Shown here piece by piece: positions 35,305 to 48,916 of a stretch of 64,000 bases of DNA; position 1 is the first letter of the stretch; each line of letters starts with the position of its first letter. A model generated the notes under the pieces. The model saw only the letters and a list, made by a program, of their open reading frames with translations, had not been told where the DNA came from and searched no databases. The position numbers were made by a program, and so were the translations under genes. Source of the DNA: Strigamia acuminata (lineage: Eukaryota); NCBI GenBank assembly GCA_949358305.1, contig OX442314.1, forward strand, positions 12,214,001 to 12,278,000, written 5' to 3'.

Positions 35305-38300
35305 TGTTGGGGTTCTTGAGGCTTACGGAGGCGCCAATGTGCCTGGCTAAAGTTGGTTAATTGGGGATTAAAAATTTGACGACCCGGACTTCCACTTGAA
35401 ACAATGGACATGGGGGTATGACGACTATTTCTGGGTATTGGAGGAACCAATCATGTTACAGTGCATTGAACTTCTTGACCTTATTTCATTTCACTTAAAA
35501 GCTGTAACTCAAAGAATAAAACTCACTTGCTGTTTAACCATTTCAAAGACTTGACTCCAGATTTATTCCAACAAGTGGTAGCAGAGGCTAAGTTGGTTTC
35601 AACCTTTGAAAACTAAAGACGCTACAGCCAAGTCAGAAAAACGACTTTGCAAACATTTCACAACGAGACGATTTCACGACGACAATCAACCTTGAAATAC
35701 ACGCAAACGATTTTTCATCAAGATGACGACGAGCCACAACAAAATACAGCATCATATTGTATTGTTGGACGACAACAACTATATGCTGTGGTCGACGAAA
35801 ATTATATCAATCCTCGAGGGGAGGCAACTGTGGGAAACGGCAATCGAGCCAGACGAACCGCCACGAGGAGTAGCAGACACAGATGACTTTGAGAAGGTAG
35901 AGAAAGCGTGGAAGACGTGGCGGACGGCCAACAACGAGGCACGCGAAATCATAATCGGGACGCTGGCGGACAAGCAGGTGCTGAGATACCGGAATGACAA
36001 AAACGCAAAACTGCTCTGGAAAAAGATAGAGACAAACAACGCCAGCAGCACAGACGAATTAAAATACACATGCATCACGGCGATGGCGCAGTTCAAAATG
36101 GACAAGACGGAATCAGTTGACGACTACTTCAATCGCCTCTAAGCGCTGGTGAGTGAAAGTGAACAACTTGGCAACACCGTGGCTGCCGCGCAGACGAAAT
36201 TTCACGCGCTGGCTGGGTTACGAAAAGAATTCGAAGCAACCACAGAAGCGCTGCGAGCAAACAAGACATCAACACTTGCCGACGCACGCAGCATGTTGAA
36301 GCAACGCGAGACGGCAAATCGGAACGACGGAGCCAAGCACGCGGACGCGGCGTACAAGACGAGCGACAGGCCACGTTACGGAAATCGGACGACGGACACC
36401 CGACGGTGCTTCAACTGCAACAAGCCCGGCCACATGGCGAGCGAATGCCGCGGCGCCATATTCTGCTTTAATTGTGAGGGATCCGGGCACAAAGCGGCCG
36501 ACTGTAAGAAACCAAAACGAGAGAGAAAAAACAAAAAATATGAGAAACGAGGAAAGAAACCACATTCGACCGAGGAGCAGAGCAACCTGTGCGCATTCGA
36601 ACTAGACGACGACGAGACGAACGAGACGGCGGACGAGGAGGCACGTATTGGCGACGAGCACGCGCTAACATGGGTGCTCGACTCAGGAGCTACGAGTCAC
36701 ATGACGAAATCTAGACACGTATTCGAGACGTATCGGGCGCACCACAGCTTCATAAAAATCGCGGACGAAGACACAAGAATGGAAGCGATCGGAATTGGAA
36801 GCGTACGCATAACGACGGAAGCAAGCGCAAGGATGATAGTGCTACACAACGTGTTACACGTACCAACAATCGTGATGAGTTTGATGTCAGTGGCAAAAAT
36901 TGTGCAAAATGAAAAGGATGTGCTATTCAAGAAAAAAGGAGCCACAATAATTGAAGAAGGACAAACACTGATGGAAGCACGCAAGGAAGGTAATAACTTT
37001 TTTATCACATCACGTATTATTCATGGGGAAAGGGCGCAAATTGCAAGAGAAACGAACGACATATGGCACCAACGACTCGGGCATCTGGGGCAACAATCAA
37101 TGCAATTAATGAAGAATGAAGAATTAGCTGGGGGCCTAGATTTTAAAAATTCGAGCACAACTATTTGCGAGCCATGCATTAAGGGGAAACTGACCCGAAA
37201 ACCACACAAGACGATCGCCGAGCGCCAATCCAAAGCAATTATGGACTTATGGCACGTGGATTTGATGGGGCCACTGAACCCAAAGTCGCTAGGGGGGTCA
37301 AGATACATACTGACCATCGTGGATGACTGGAGCAGACGAACTATGGTGCGCATATTGGGGGCGAAAAGTGACACTGAATACGAACTGAAAAACACAATTA
37401 CACGATACGAGACGCAAACTGAAAGGCGATTAAAAACGATTCGAAGTGACAACGGGGGGGAATTTGTGTCAAACAGATTAACACAATGGTTTGAGGAACG
37501 AGGCACAAACCACCAACTCACGACCCCATTTGCACCCCAAAGCAACGGCGTGGCGGAGCGCCATAACCGCACCATTCTTGAGATGATGAGAACAATGTTG
37601 TGCGACGCGAAACTGCCATTGAGATTTTGGGCCGAGTGCGCATGCGCTGCGGCTCACATCCGAAATTCGTGTTATTCAAGAGTACACGGGCGAACAGCAA
37701 TGGAAGTGTGGGAAAATCGGAAACCCACAGTAACATTCCTAAAACGATTTGGGTGCACAGTTTTTATATTAACCAAGAGCGTGGGGAGAAATAAACTTGA
37801 CGCAAAGGCGGAAAAGGCAATTTTTGTTGGGTATTCGCAGAGACGAAAAGCGTATCGGGTTTATAACGTCAGAACGGGAAGGGTGAGCGAAGAGAGGAAT
37901 CTAAAATTTATTGAACACGAATTGGGGGCGCCATTGCTGACCGAGACACCGACCAGCGACGAAATTGAAGGAATCCCCGAAATTGAAATTTTGGATTTGA
38001 GATGCACTACCCCACGCAAAAGGAATGCAGACGACGCACCAACCGAGACACACAACGAGCACGAGGGGCGGGAAGCACATGAACGAGCCATCGACGTAGA
38101 CATCGAAATTAACGCCGAAATAACTGCCGAAAACTTGGAATCAAATGAGGACATTGAAGACGTAATCGAATCGCGACCCGACCCAACGAGACGAACACCG
38201 AGAGGTACGGCGGCCGAGTGCAGACTACGAGAAGAAGAGAAACGTCGTATTCGCGAAGATGAATTACAACAACGAGGGGTCAGACGGTCAGAACGAATTA

Positions 38301-40200
38301 AAACAACACACAGAGCTTACAGATGCGAGGAGACCCACCCACCCAAAAATTATGAAGAAGCAATGAACTCAACCAACCGTGACAAATGGAAAGAAGCCAT
38401 AGATGATGAAATCAAATCGATGAAAAAGCACAGGGTTTGGGTCATCACAAAATTGCCACCGGGCAAGAAGCCCGTTAAGTCAAAGTGGATTTTTAAAATT
38501 AAAATCAACCCAAGCACTGGGGAGAAAAGATTTAAAGCGCGACTGGTTGCAGCGGGTTACTCACAACAATGGGGCAGCGATTACGACGAGACATTCGCAC
38601 CTGTCATGCGAATCGAAACAATGCGAATGATAGTAAATGAGGCGGCCAAGAGGGGAATCAGCCTAAATATGTATGACGTCAAATGCGCATATCTACACGG
38701 GGAATTAGAGGAGGAAATTTATATGGTACAGCCGGATGGGGCGAGCGACGGAACTAATCGAGTATGCAGGCTGCTCAAGAGCATCTATGGATTAAAACAG
38801 TCCGGTAGATGCTGGTATGAAAAGTTGGACCAGGTACTGACCGACGTCAAATTTGAGAAGACTCCCGACGACCCATGCCTGTACATCGCACGAAAAGATG
38901 AAGAGTTCCTGTTTTTGGGCGTGTACGTCGATGACGCGATAGTGACTGCATCATCTAGTGAATTCGAGCGTGGAGTGATCGACAAAATCCGCGATAGCAT
39001 CGAATTAATACCCATGGGGAGGCTAACCTCAATTCTCGGGATCCAGGTGGAGCAAAACAACAGCGGAATACAATTACATCAATCAACTTATATCGAGGAA
39101 ACGTTAATGATGTACGGGATGGAGGATTGCAACATGAAAACCACGCCACTGGACCCGAATCAAAAACTAGATGAGTACAACGACAGCGCAAGAATAGAAT
39201 CAAAACAATACCAGGAGCTGATTGGGAAATTAATGTACCTAGCAACCAACACGCGACCGGACATCAGCTTCGCCATGAGTGCGTTGTCGCAGTACAACAT
39301 GGATCCGAGGCAGATACACTACGGCGCACTCAAACGAATATTAAAATACCTAAAAGGGACGATTGACTACAAATTAAAATATACGCGCGAGAAACGAAAT
39401 TTACACGCCTTTACGGATGCAAGCTGGGATCGAACAGCTGACTCCAAATCGTTCTCAGGCTACGTAACCAGAGATGGGACGGCATTAATTAACTGGAAAT
39501 GTAATAAACAAAAACTGGTGGCCATGTCCAGCACCGAGAGCGAGCTACACGCACTATCTGAGGGAATTAGAGAGCTCGCATGGACAAAGGATTTGGCGGA
39601 AAATTTCGGACACCTCAAAGAAGGGGATCAATGTGTGGTATACTGCGACAGCTTAAATGCTACGCAACTGCTGCAGCGGGGACCGCAAAAATCCCGCACT
39701 AAGCATTTCAACCGAAGGCTGCACCACATCAAAGATGAAATTACACATAATGGAATCAAAGTGCAACACATCCCAGGTAGTGACATGTTGGCCGACTTCC
39801 TCACCAAACCACTGCCTGGACCAGGACTGCTTGCTAACCTCACCAAATTAGGAATTGCTGAGGAGAAAATTAAAGGAGACAAATAATTACGAACTAACAT
39901 TGCAGGACATTGACTTTCCGTGAGGGGAATTTGTTGGGGTTCTTGAGGCTTACGGAGGCGCCAATGTGCCTGGCTAAAGTTGGTTAATTGGGGATTAAAA
40001 ATTTGACGACCCGGACTTCCACTTGAAACAATGGATATGGGGGTATGACGACTATTTCTGGGTATTGGAGGAACCAATCATGTTACAGTGCATTGAACTT
40101 CTTGACCTTATTTCATTTCACTTAAAAGCTGTAACTCAAAGAATAAAACTCACTTGCTGTTTAACCATTTCAAAGACTTGACTCCAGATTTATTCCAACA
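35305..40200 (+). mobile_element. Full-length Copia/Ty1 LTR retrotransposon
   Basis: 269-bp TG..CA LTRs (35305-35573, 39932-40200; one mismatch noticed); 5-bp TSD AATCA; PBS TGGTAGCAGAG (initiator tRNA-Met); PPT GAGGGGAA. Confidence 0.97.
35723..39886 (+). CDS. Copia Gag-Pol polyprotein with one in-frame TAA at 36140-36142
   Basis: Two ORFs in the same frame; two CCHC knuckles, WVLDSGATSHM, GAG-pre-integrase, SDNGGEF, RT (YVDD), RNase H (MLADFLTKPL). Confidence 0.93.
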
Positions 40201-40918
40201 AATCAAACACCCACAAACCACGTAACAGTCTGCACTATTAGAATTAAAAACATTACGCTCAGTGCATTTGACTTTCAAATGTTAAAGGTTTTCTCTAAAA
40301 TTAAGTATAAAATGCTGAGCCAAATGTTTGGAAATTTACTTTGTTTTCCAGTGTAAGCAGTAAGCATCTGCAGTGAACGTATTATAATATTTTTCATGAA
40401 TATTAACATTAAAAACCGACATGTTGTGCATTTGTAGTGACTGAAGTTTTTTGTTTGATTTTGATCATTTTTTCTTTTTTTGTTGTTGTTTAAAATCCTT
40501 TTTAATTTTTTCACATTTTTAAATCGAGGGTGTAAAAATAAGAGGACGAATGGTTTTTAGTGTCCCTTTAGCAAGAAAAATGAGTACAGTATTTGATCAG
40601 AAAAACCCGAGGAAAAACCAGTCCAAAACAAAATTGTAGCGCCTTCTGGTGCAAGAAAACAAATACAAAACGAAAAAACTGCCACCATACACCATGTCAT
40701 AGAGTTTGTTCACCCGATCCATGGCGGATTTTGGACTTATGAATCGTCTTTATCCTTTCCGTTAGATGAGTATAATTATAATTGACCATTCATCTTGAAT
40801 GAATATTCGCAGAGAATTTAATTTAATGGAAGAATATAGATTATTAATGACCGTTGCCTAAGCTTAGGTAGTTTTAATTGCTACTGTTATGGATACATTA
40901 CAGTCGCTGTTAAATTAT

Positions 40919-41748
40919 TTAATAATTTTTGTTTTTGCAAATTCGCTTTATATGCTTTTTATAGTCAGATTGAATTTTTTTCACTTCTGGACACCTATTT
41001 TGAAGGCAAGTGAAGTATGGGTTCAGCTAGAGATTTAAAAAAATGTAAGTAAAAACACAATGTAATGTTCCATTTTTAAGTTACATCTCCTTTGTGGCCA
41101 TATCGAACTTTTGCACAGATGGCAAGTTTACTGTCGAGGTCTATTTTATCCTGTTGGTTGTGAAAAAACATTTTCTATGAGAAATTGTGAAATTAAAAAA
41201 TAATCGAATACTCACATCATGGGTGGAAAATGCTTTTATGTAATCAACGAATTTTGTGTGATCGAGTCGCTGGAATTTATTGTTCTGAAAACAAAAAGCA
41301 AATCAATCGTAAGAAATAAAGCGAATTATTAAAAGCTTGACTTGGACATACAAAGCCGTTTCTTCTATTCATGCAAATTCCATAAAGGAATTTAGCTAAG
41401 TCACAATCCTGAAACATTTAAATGAACGAGCAGTAACACAACTAGAAATATGATCTTACAACATGTAGGTACTTACATTTTTGTCTTTGTTCATAAGTTT
41501 AACATCAAGTCTGCACTCGTCATGGGTCTGTTGCATCTGAAAAATAATTTTTTTAACAATAAGTTAATTGTGTGATTAAATAAATACAACCGACGAAATA
41601 AATCTCCGCGAATCGAAGCAATCCTAAAATAAATTACATTTGTATTTACAGATTTTATAGTTTGAAAGTTTGAAATAAACGTTTAGTTTACATATGCTGC
41701 AGCAAATGAGGACGAAACAGTAATAACGATGAAAATGCACAGCCACAT
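40919..41748 (-). CDS. 8-Cys secreted family copy H (intact)
   Basis: MWLCIFIVITVSSSFAAAY|DCFDSRRFISS|MQQTHDECRLDVKLMNKDKN|DCDLAKFLYGICMNRRNGF|NNKFQRLDHTKFVDYIKAFSTHD|DKIDLDSKLAICAKVRYGHKGD|LNPYFTCLQNRCPEVKKIQSDYKKHIKRICKNKNY*. Confidence 0.88.
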
Positions 41749-43019
41749 TCTGGAAAGCTGAAATTACAATGGTTAAAAGAAATCATTCATTTCATTTGTA
41801 AAATTTCTTATGTTTGCACAGGGCTTGAAACGTACTGGATCCATATGGTGATTAAAAAAAGTAATTGAAAATGTAAGGTAAGGTGGAATATAAGATTTTA
41901 TTTAGTAGTTTTGGCGTAATGATTTGCTCGAATTACATAGGTTCTTTTGAATAATTAATACTGTTAATGTAAGATATAAACATTGGGTTTCAATAATTAA
42001 ATATTTAAATCCTGTATGAGTAAAATGGCAGAATTTGAAAATATTATTTTACAACATTTTGGTGAAAACCTGTTTATGGAACACTTTCAGAATTAAATTT
42101 TTCATGCTGTTCCATAAAACACGATTGTTTTCCAATTCCTAAAGATCGGGCTTACAAAAAAATGTTTAAATACAAAGTTATAGAGCATCATTTATTTCAT
42201 CTAAAAATTATTGGGCTACTTTTATAGTTGAACCGTTAGTTGTGAGCAGTATCTACATTTTTCCTCAAGTGAGCTAAAAATTAAAAAGTGCTGGAAAGGT
42301 GCTCGGTCGATAGGAAATGATGTAAAAAAAACCGATCTTTATGGTCGGAATGTGCATATCTGGTATCGATAGATTTTATGACAAAAAAGTCGTCCGGAAA
42401 CTCTGCTAACTATACGTAATAATTAGAGCCCGGATAAATGCATAAATCCATATGAATTATTTTTATTCACTAAAAAGCCAAAATTGGCTATAAATGCAGA
42501 TTTTCAGAAAATGAGAAAATAAATGCATAAATCGCCATTTTTCGGGGAAAAAACGGCGATTTGTGTCTTTTTTTTAATGCTACGTAACTTGTGTGGATGA
42601 ATTTTTGCCTTTTTTGTAAGACACGTATCATGTGCATATGCTTGTGTTCGGAAAACTGAGGACTTCGCCAAAAACAGACACCAGGGAAGTCACTAAATTA
42701 GTGTCTACCTGACAGAATTGTGTCAGACAATTGTTGAATCCTTCACATTAATAAACCAACAGTTTCTGATGCAGATTATCATTTTATTCTTTGCCGTAGT
42801 GTACAACTTGGTATCACAAACACCGATTTAGTCAATTTACATTTTTGATACTGAATTGAGCTTGTTTACATTTTATCGTTCGTTCGTTTTCTTATACTGT
42901 ATATTTTGCATGTTATTATTATAGATTCGATATTGTTTGGTACAATGAGAAAGAAACATACATAATTTCCATTATTAAATCAAAAGCGATTTTGGTGATT
43001 TGCTCAATCTAACAACAAT

Positions 43020-43620
43020 GTCACAACCTTCACCAGCGAAGAATTCAAGGGATTCAAGGGATTTATCCAGCGGAATGGTTTGTTACACCTGTTCTCGCCA
43101 GTCCACTCTCAGTCCAATGGACGAGCGGAGAGAGTAGTACAGACCTTCAAAGGAAAACTGGTCAAGATGGAATAGTCAATATCCAGGAGCAATTGGATAC
43201 GTTCTTATTTTACCAGCACAGTACACCGGGAACGGATGGAAAGTCTCCAGCTACGCTGATGTTGCAAGGGCATTTAAGATCTATCTGGAAACACTGAAGC
43301 CAACTGAGGGGTGGGAGCGGCTCAAGAAGACCAGCAGCCATCTGAGAGGATATTAGCCCCGGGACAGGAAGTGTGGGCTCGTTCATACAGGAAGGGAGAC
43401 CCGACATGGATTCCGGCAATAGTGAAGACTAGGAAGGGGGATGTCGTGTATGAGACCCAGCGTATGAATATCCAAGAGGTTAACGACTGCCACAATAATC
43501 AGTTGAGACCGCGCCATCCACAAGCTGGGGAGCAGGTGATTGCACCCTGGGAAGCTCAAGACACAATCACACTTAATGTATCGTGGAATCCGATGCCTGA
43601 AGAACCCAGGCCAAGGAAGT
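43020..43620 (+). mobile_element. Decayed Gypsy integrase fragment
   Basis: Translates HSQSNGRAERVVQTFK, HSTP..GKSPATL and GQEVWARSY..WIPAIV with frameshifts. Confidence 0.75.
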
Positions 43621-44393
43621 CGGGAAGATCGCACGCATTGATCGTAACGAGGACGGAACCAGTTCTCATTATGGAACCAGTTTGCGTTGCGGGACCGGTA
43701 AACACAGGGTCGTTCCTAGGAAATATCTATGGTGAGGCAAGCATTATTAATGCCGCCCCCCCCAAAAAAAACCAGCATTGGATTATATCCGAAAATATTT
43801 TCTTTAAAAAAAAAAAAAAAAAAAAATTAAAAAAAAATTTTGGGCCAAAATTGCCGCCCCTGTCAGTGTGCTGCCCTGAGGCGGCTGCCTCTTTGCCTCA
43901 TAGGTCGGCACGGCCCTGGGTAAACACAGGAGTAAATGTGATTTTACCAGAAGTGCAACCGACTCCAGGTCCAAGCGGCTTGGCAAGGACCGGAGTGCAG
44001 AAGACCCCCCTGGTGGTCCGAAGGACAGCGCAGGACAGGATTGCACCGGTCAGAAGGATGCTTGCGCCGCCCCCATTTGACGAGGGCTCAATTTGACTTG
44101 TTCCATCAAAGGAGATTCCAACCAACAACCAATGAAGTCATGCCCCTCCAGCGGTACAACCGGCAGACCAGCGGACGCGACCAGACACAAGATCCACCGA
44201 TTCGGAGGAAGATTATGACGACGAGGAAGAAGTTGTTCAGGATCAGAAAGATCCGGATTATCAAATGGTTTAGAATATATAGATAGGAACCTACGGAATT
44301 GGGCGGATTGAGGACCGCGCTAGCAAGTCAAGCCCAAGTCATTTTAAGTTTAAGTTTAATGTTTATTTCGGATTTTGAAATTGTAAGTGAATG

Positions 44394-45093
44394 TAGGGTT
44401 TTGTTACCGGGAAACCGGGGTACCGATTTCCCGGGAAACCGGAGGGAAAATTCAGGTACCTGGAACCGGGAAATTTAAAAAAAACCGGTTCCGACCAAAA
44501 TTTCGAATATTTACATAACGTGATTGGAACATTACATTTTTTAATGTTAAAACGTTAAGAAATTTAACGTTTCAATGACGAACTTTGTCTGTTCATCTTG
44601 TCCTCGCCCTCGCCGCACTCTTCCTCGCCAACGCAGCACTCGTATTCGCCTTTTTATTTGCCCTTTGCCCCTTGTCTTCGATTTAATTTCAAATTTCAAT
44701 TAGATTTGTCTTCAACTTTAGAATATTTGTTGTGTTTGCAATATTCGTTTTTTTCATCACACCAAATACGAATAATGCAAAAAATATTGCAGTACAAGAT
44801 TAGATCAGATGACGAAAAATGTCTAAAAATGGCCGTTTTTGTCGAAAATGGCCAAATAATGCAAAAATTATACAGTCCAAAATTTGTTCTGTATTATTTT
44901 TGCATTATTTGTATTAGTACTGTACTGTTTTCTCATTTTTTTAAATTGAAAAATGGCTTAAAAAAAACAGCTATTTTTAATCATTTTTGTCACTGAGCTG
45001 TTTTAGTACCGGGAGTACCGGTTTCCCGGGAATACCGACCATATTGGTACCGGGAACCGGGAACCGAATAAAGGCGGGAAAACAAAAGAGTCT
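44394..45093. mobile_element. MITE-like element with ACCGGG subterminal repeats
   Basis: TAGGG start and clustered ACCGG(G) motifs at both ends; TSD not resolved. Confidence 0.5.
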
Positions 45094-45420
45094 ACCGTAT
45101 ACCCCCGTGTATAAGCCGACCTCCCCATTCTGAGGCACCATTTTGCTAATAAGTGGTGTATAAGCCAAGTACGTCAAAATGTTGTGAAATTTAGTCAATA
45201 ATTGATGAAAATTGACTATAATTTAGTCGAAAATTGATGAAATTGACTGATTGTTTGATGGTTGGTCTTATATGCAATACAAAATGTGATGAACGTAGCA
45301 CGTACGTTACATATTTTTTTTGAATACACAGTGCGTATGACTCACGTATAAGCCGACCCCCCAATTAGAGGCCCGAATATTGGAATAAATCGGGTGGCTT
45401 ATACACGGGGATATACAGTA
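45094..45420. mobile_element. Tc1/mariner-type MITE
   Basis: TA-CCGTATACCCCCGTGTATAAGCC ... GGCTTATACACGGGGATATACAG-TA. Confidence 0.75.
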
Positions 45421-45424
45421 CTTC

Positions 45425-46790
45425 TGTTAGAGAAGTAGATGGAAGATTTTAGGCCCAAGCCCCTGACTGTTTCATTTGTGTACCAGGGCAATACACAAAA
45501 CATATAAATGTCGTGCTCAAGGTTGCCTTAGAGGTAGGCACATTCAACGTCGAGCTGCGTATCCTTCCATCTGAGCAAGATAACCAACAGGCAGAAAAAG
45601 AAGCGAATCAGGACGAATTTCACTACAGGACTAAAAACCTCGTCGGGATTCCGGCAGACAATGGGCGTTGAGCCCATCGCCTGCCGGAATCCTTGGGCAA
45701 CGATAACGAGTAACTTTCCTGGTGAAGTCCGTTTTAAGTCGAAAAATCCATTTACATCCGAGAATTGTCTTGTCGGGAGGCTTCGGAACTTCTTTATAAA
45801 CGTCCCGTTTGACGAAAGTCGACAATTCCTCGTTTATGGCTTCGGTCCATTTCGAAGCTTCCGGTGTTTTGATAGCTTCGGCATATGTTGCCGGCTCCCG
45901 GATGGTGAGGTGGACTCGAGGAGATTGCCGAAATTCCGGTAAAGTGTGTTCGAGGTTACCGAAGAAGAAAACACTTTCGTCGTATGGAATCCGGTGAGCG
46001 AAACAATGTGCTGCGATATCCGTCTTTGACCTTAAGCGGACACCCTGTTCCGGATAATAATAAACGTCCACTTTGACTTTGCCAGGCGTTTGGTCCTTCC
46101 TTAAATGCTCTTGCCTCCTCCATCCGCTGAAGGGCAAAGTGCCTCCAACGAATCTCTAGGGGCAATGAAGAGCTCTTAATGCAGCCAACGACGGCGATGC
46201 CAAAGATGGAGTGTAGGGTAAAGCAGCTGCCTCGTCAAGAAGATCTTCCTCATGATCCGAGTCATATAGACACAACAAGGCAGGAAATGACATCAAACGA
46301 CGGGGACGCGAGTGAGACGATGGACGACGTGGTGAGGATGTAAGTGAATGAGGTGGTGAATGTCCAGGGGGTATATGTATCCCTCCCTCGACAATGGATG
46401 TTGGAGCTGACGCAAATGATGTCTTCTCTACCGATGACACGTTGCCAGGGTCATCGTCATCGGCATCACTATCTGACGAAGATGCCTCATCGGAACTCAA
46501 GTGTCGACGAGGCCAAGGACGAGAAAGAGTCGTATCGTTGAAAGTGACAAGCACCGGTGTTCGCACAGATTCCTCCATTGATAGGGAAATCAATTTAGCA
46601 TGAGGTGAACGCTTAAAATTCTGTCGTTCATCAATTTGGACGTGAATCGACTCTGTAACGGTATTCGTGACGGGATTCCAAACGAAATATCCACGAGTTC
46701 CGGTGGCATAACCAACGAGATAGTCTTCCCAGGCGCGAGGATCTATCTTATTGCGTCCAGGTGCAGTGAAGTGCACCCAACATTTTGATC
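45425..46790 (-). mobile_element. Truncated Copia element carrying a methyl-CpG-binding domain
   Basis: Integrase C-terminal SH3-like segment (YLVGYATGTRGYFVWNP), acidic linker, MBD-like GWRRQEHLRK..KVDVYYYPEQGVRLRSKTDI, RT N-terminus (EPATYAEA..KW..EEL..LGCKWIFRLK). One in-frame TAG at 46156. LTR-like end TAACA at 45425. Confidence 0.85.
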
Positions 46791-46915
46791 CAATCTTACG
46801 GAAATGTCTTAAAGAAAGAAGAATATAGATTATTAATGACCATTGCCTAAGCTTAGGTAGTTTTAATTGTTATTGTTATGGATACATTACAGTCACTGTT
46901 AAATTATTTAATAAT

Positions 46916-47739
46916 TTATTTTTTGCAAATTTGCTTTATATGCTTTTTATAGTCAGATTGAATTTTTTTCACTTCTGGACACCTATTTTGAAGGCAATCA
47001 AAGTATGGGTTCAGCTAGAGATTTAAAAAATGTAAGTAAAAACACAATGTAATGTTCCATTTTTAAGTTACATCTCCTTTGTAGGCATATCTTAAGGGCG
47101 CACAGATAGCAAGTTTACTGTCGAGTTCTATTTTATTCTGTTGGTTGTGAAAAAACATTTTCTATGAGAAATTGTAAAATTAAAAAATTATCGAATACTC
47201 ACATCATGGGTGGAAAATGTTTTCATGTAATCAACGAATTTTGTGTGATCGAGTCGCTGGTATTTATTGTTCTGAAAACAAAAAGCAAATCAATCATAAG
47301 AAATAAAGCGAATTATTAAAAGCTTGACTTGGACATACAAAGCCGCTTCTTTTATTCATGCAAACTCCATAAAGGAAATAAGATAAGTCACAATCCTGAA
47401 ACATTGAAATGAACGACCAGTAACACAACTAGAAATATGATCTTACAACATGTAGTTACTTACATTTTTGCCGTAGGTCATAGTTTTAACAGTACGTCTG
47501 CAATTTTCATGGGTCTGTTGCATCTGAAAAATAATTTTTACTTTTAAGAATAAGTTAATTGTGTGATTAAATAAATACAACCGACGAAATAAATCTCTGC
47601 GAATCGAAGCAATCCTAAAATAAATGACATTTGTATTTACAGATTTTATAGTTTGAAAGTTTGAAATAAACGTTTGGTTTACATATGCTGCAACAAATGA
47701 GGACGAAACAGTAATAACGATGAAAATGCAAAGCATCAT
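46916..47739 (-). CDS. 8-Cys secreted family copy I (intact)
   Basis: MMLCIFIVITVSSSFVAAY|DCFDSQRFISS|MQQTHENCRRTVKTMTYGKN|DCDLSYFLYGVCMNKRSGF|NNKYQRLDHTKFVDYMKTFSTHD|NKIELDSKLAICAPLRYAYKGD|LNPYFDCLQNRCPEVKKIQSDYKKHIKQICKK*. Confidence 0.88.
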
Positions 47740-48436
47740 TCTAGAAAGCTGAAATGACAATGGTAAAAAGAAATCATTCATTACATTTGTAAAATTTCTT
47801 ATGTTTGCACAGGACTTGAAACGTACTGGATCCATATGGTGATTAAAAAAAGTAATTGAAAATGTAAGGTAAGTTGTTTATTCACTTACTTGTTAGCGTA
47901 GAATATAAGATTTTATTTAGTAATTTTGGCATAATGATTTGCTCGAATTACATGAATAATTAATACTGTTAATGTAAGATATAAACATTGGGTTTCAATA
48001 ATTAAATATTTAAATCCTGTATGAGTAGAATGGCAGAATTTTAAAATATTATTTTACAACATTTTGGTGAAAACCTGTTTATGGAACACTTTCAGAATTA
48101 AATTTTCCAGGCTGTCCCATAAAACACGATTGTTTTCCAATTCCTAAAGATCGGGCTTACGAAAAAATGTTTAAATACAAAGTTGTAGAGCATCATTTAT
48201 TTTATCTAAAAATTATTGGGCTACTTTTATAGTGGAACCGTTAGTTGTGAGCAGTATTACATTTTTCCTCAAGTGAGCCAAAAATTAAAAAGTGCTGGAA
48301 AGGTGCTCGATCGATAGGAAATGATGTAAAAAAATGTGCATATCTGGTATCAATAGGTTTTATGACAAAAAAGTCGTCTGGAAACTCTGCTAACTATTCG
48401 TAATAATTAGGGCTCTGATAAATGTATAAATGCCTA

Positions 48437-48644
48437 TACTCAAAACTACCACAACGTTGATCTATTTCACTCGTGTAGGGACACAAAAAAGTAGCTCATA
48501 ACACCAGAATTGTACTCGAACTGCAGACATTGTAATCGATTATCAACATTATCAAAGGTGATGTTTTGACACACGTAGTTGAACACAGTACACAGTTAGG
48601 CATAAACATGCTGAAATAGATCAACGTTGTGGTGGTTTTGAGTA
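48437..48644. mobile_element. MITE with TA TSD
   Basis: TIR TACTCAAAACTACCACAACGTTGATCTATTTCA / reverse complement; absent from paralogous blocks at ~10190 and ~42450. Confidence 0.85.
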
Positions 48645-48916
48645 TAGAAATTATTTTTATTCAATAAAAAGCCAAAATTGGCTATACTGTAAATGCAAAT
48701 TTTCAGAAAATGAGAAAATAAATGTATAAATCACCATTTTTTGGGGAAAAAACGGCGATTTGTGTCTTTTTTTAATGATACGTAACTTGTATGAATGAAT
48801 TTTTGCCTTTTTTTAAAGACACTTATCGTGTACGTATGCTTGTGTTTGGAAAACTTTGGACTCCGCCAAAAACATACACCAGGGGAAGTCACTAAATTAG
48901 TGTCTGGAAAAAGTTT

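Noticed and set aside
43311..44096. 261-aa ORF as a host gene
   Set aside because: A chance fusion of a Gypsy integrase tail with poly-A and inserted sequence.
47443..47835. Recurring short ORFs 'MDPVR...' (7334, 14922, 47443, also 56728, 61918) as genes
   Set aside because: They read through introns and the 5'UTR of the spliced family; frames and stops are not conserved, whereas the spliced product is.
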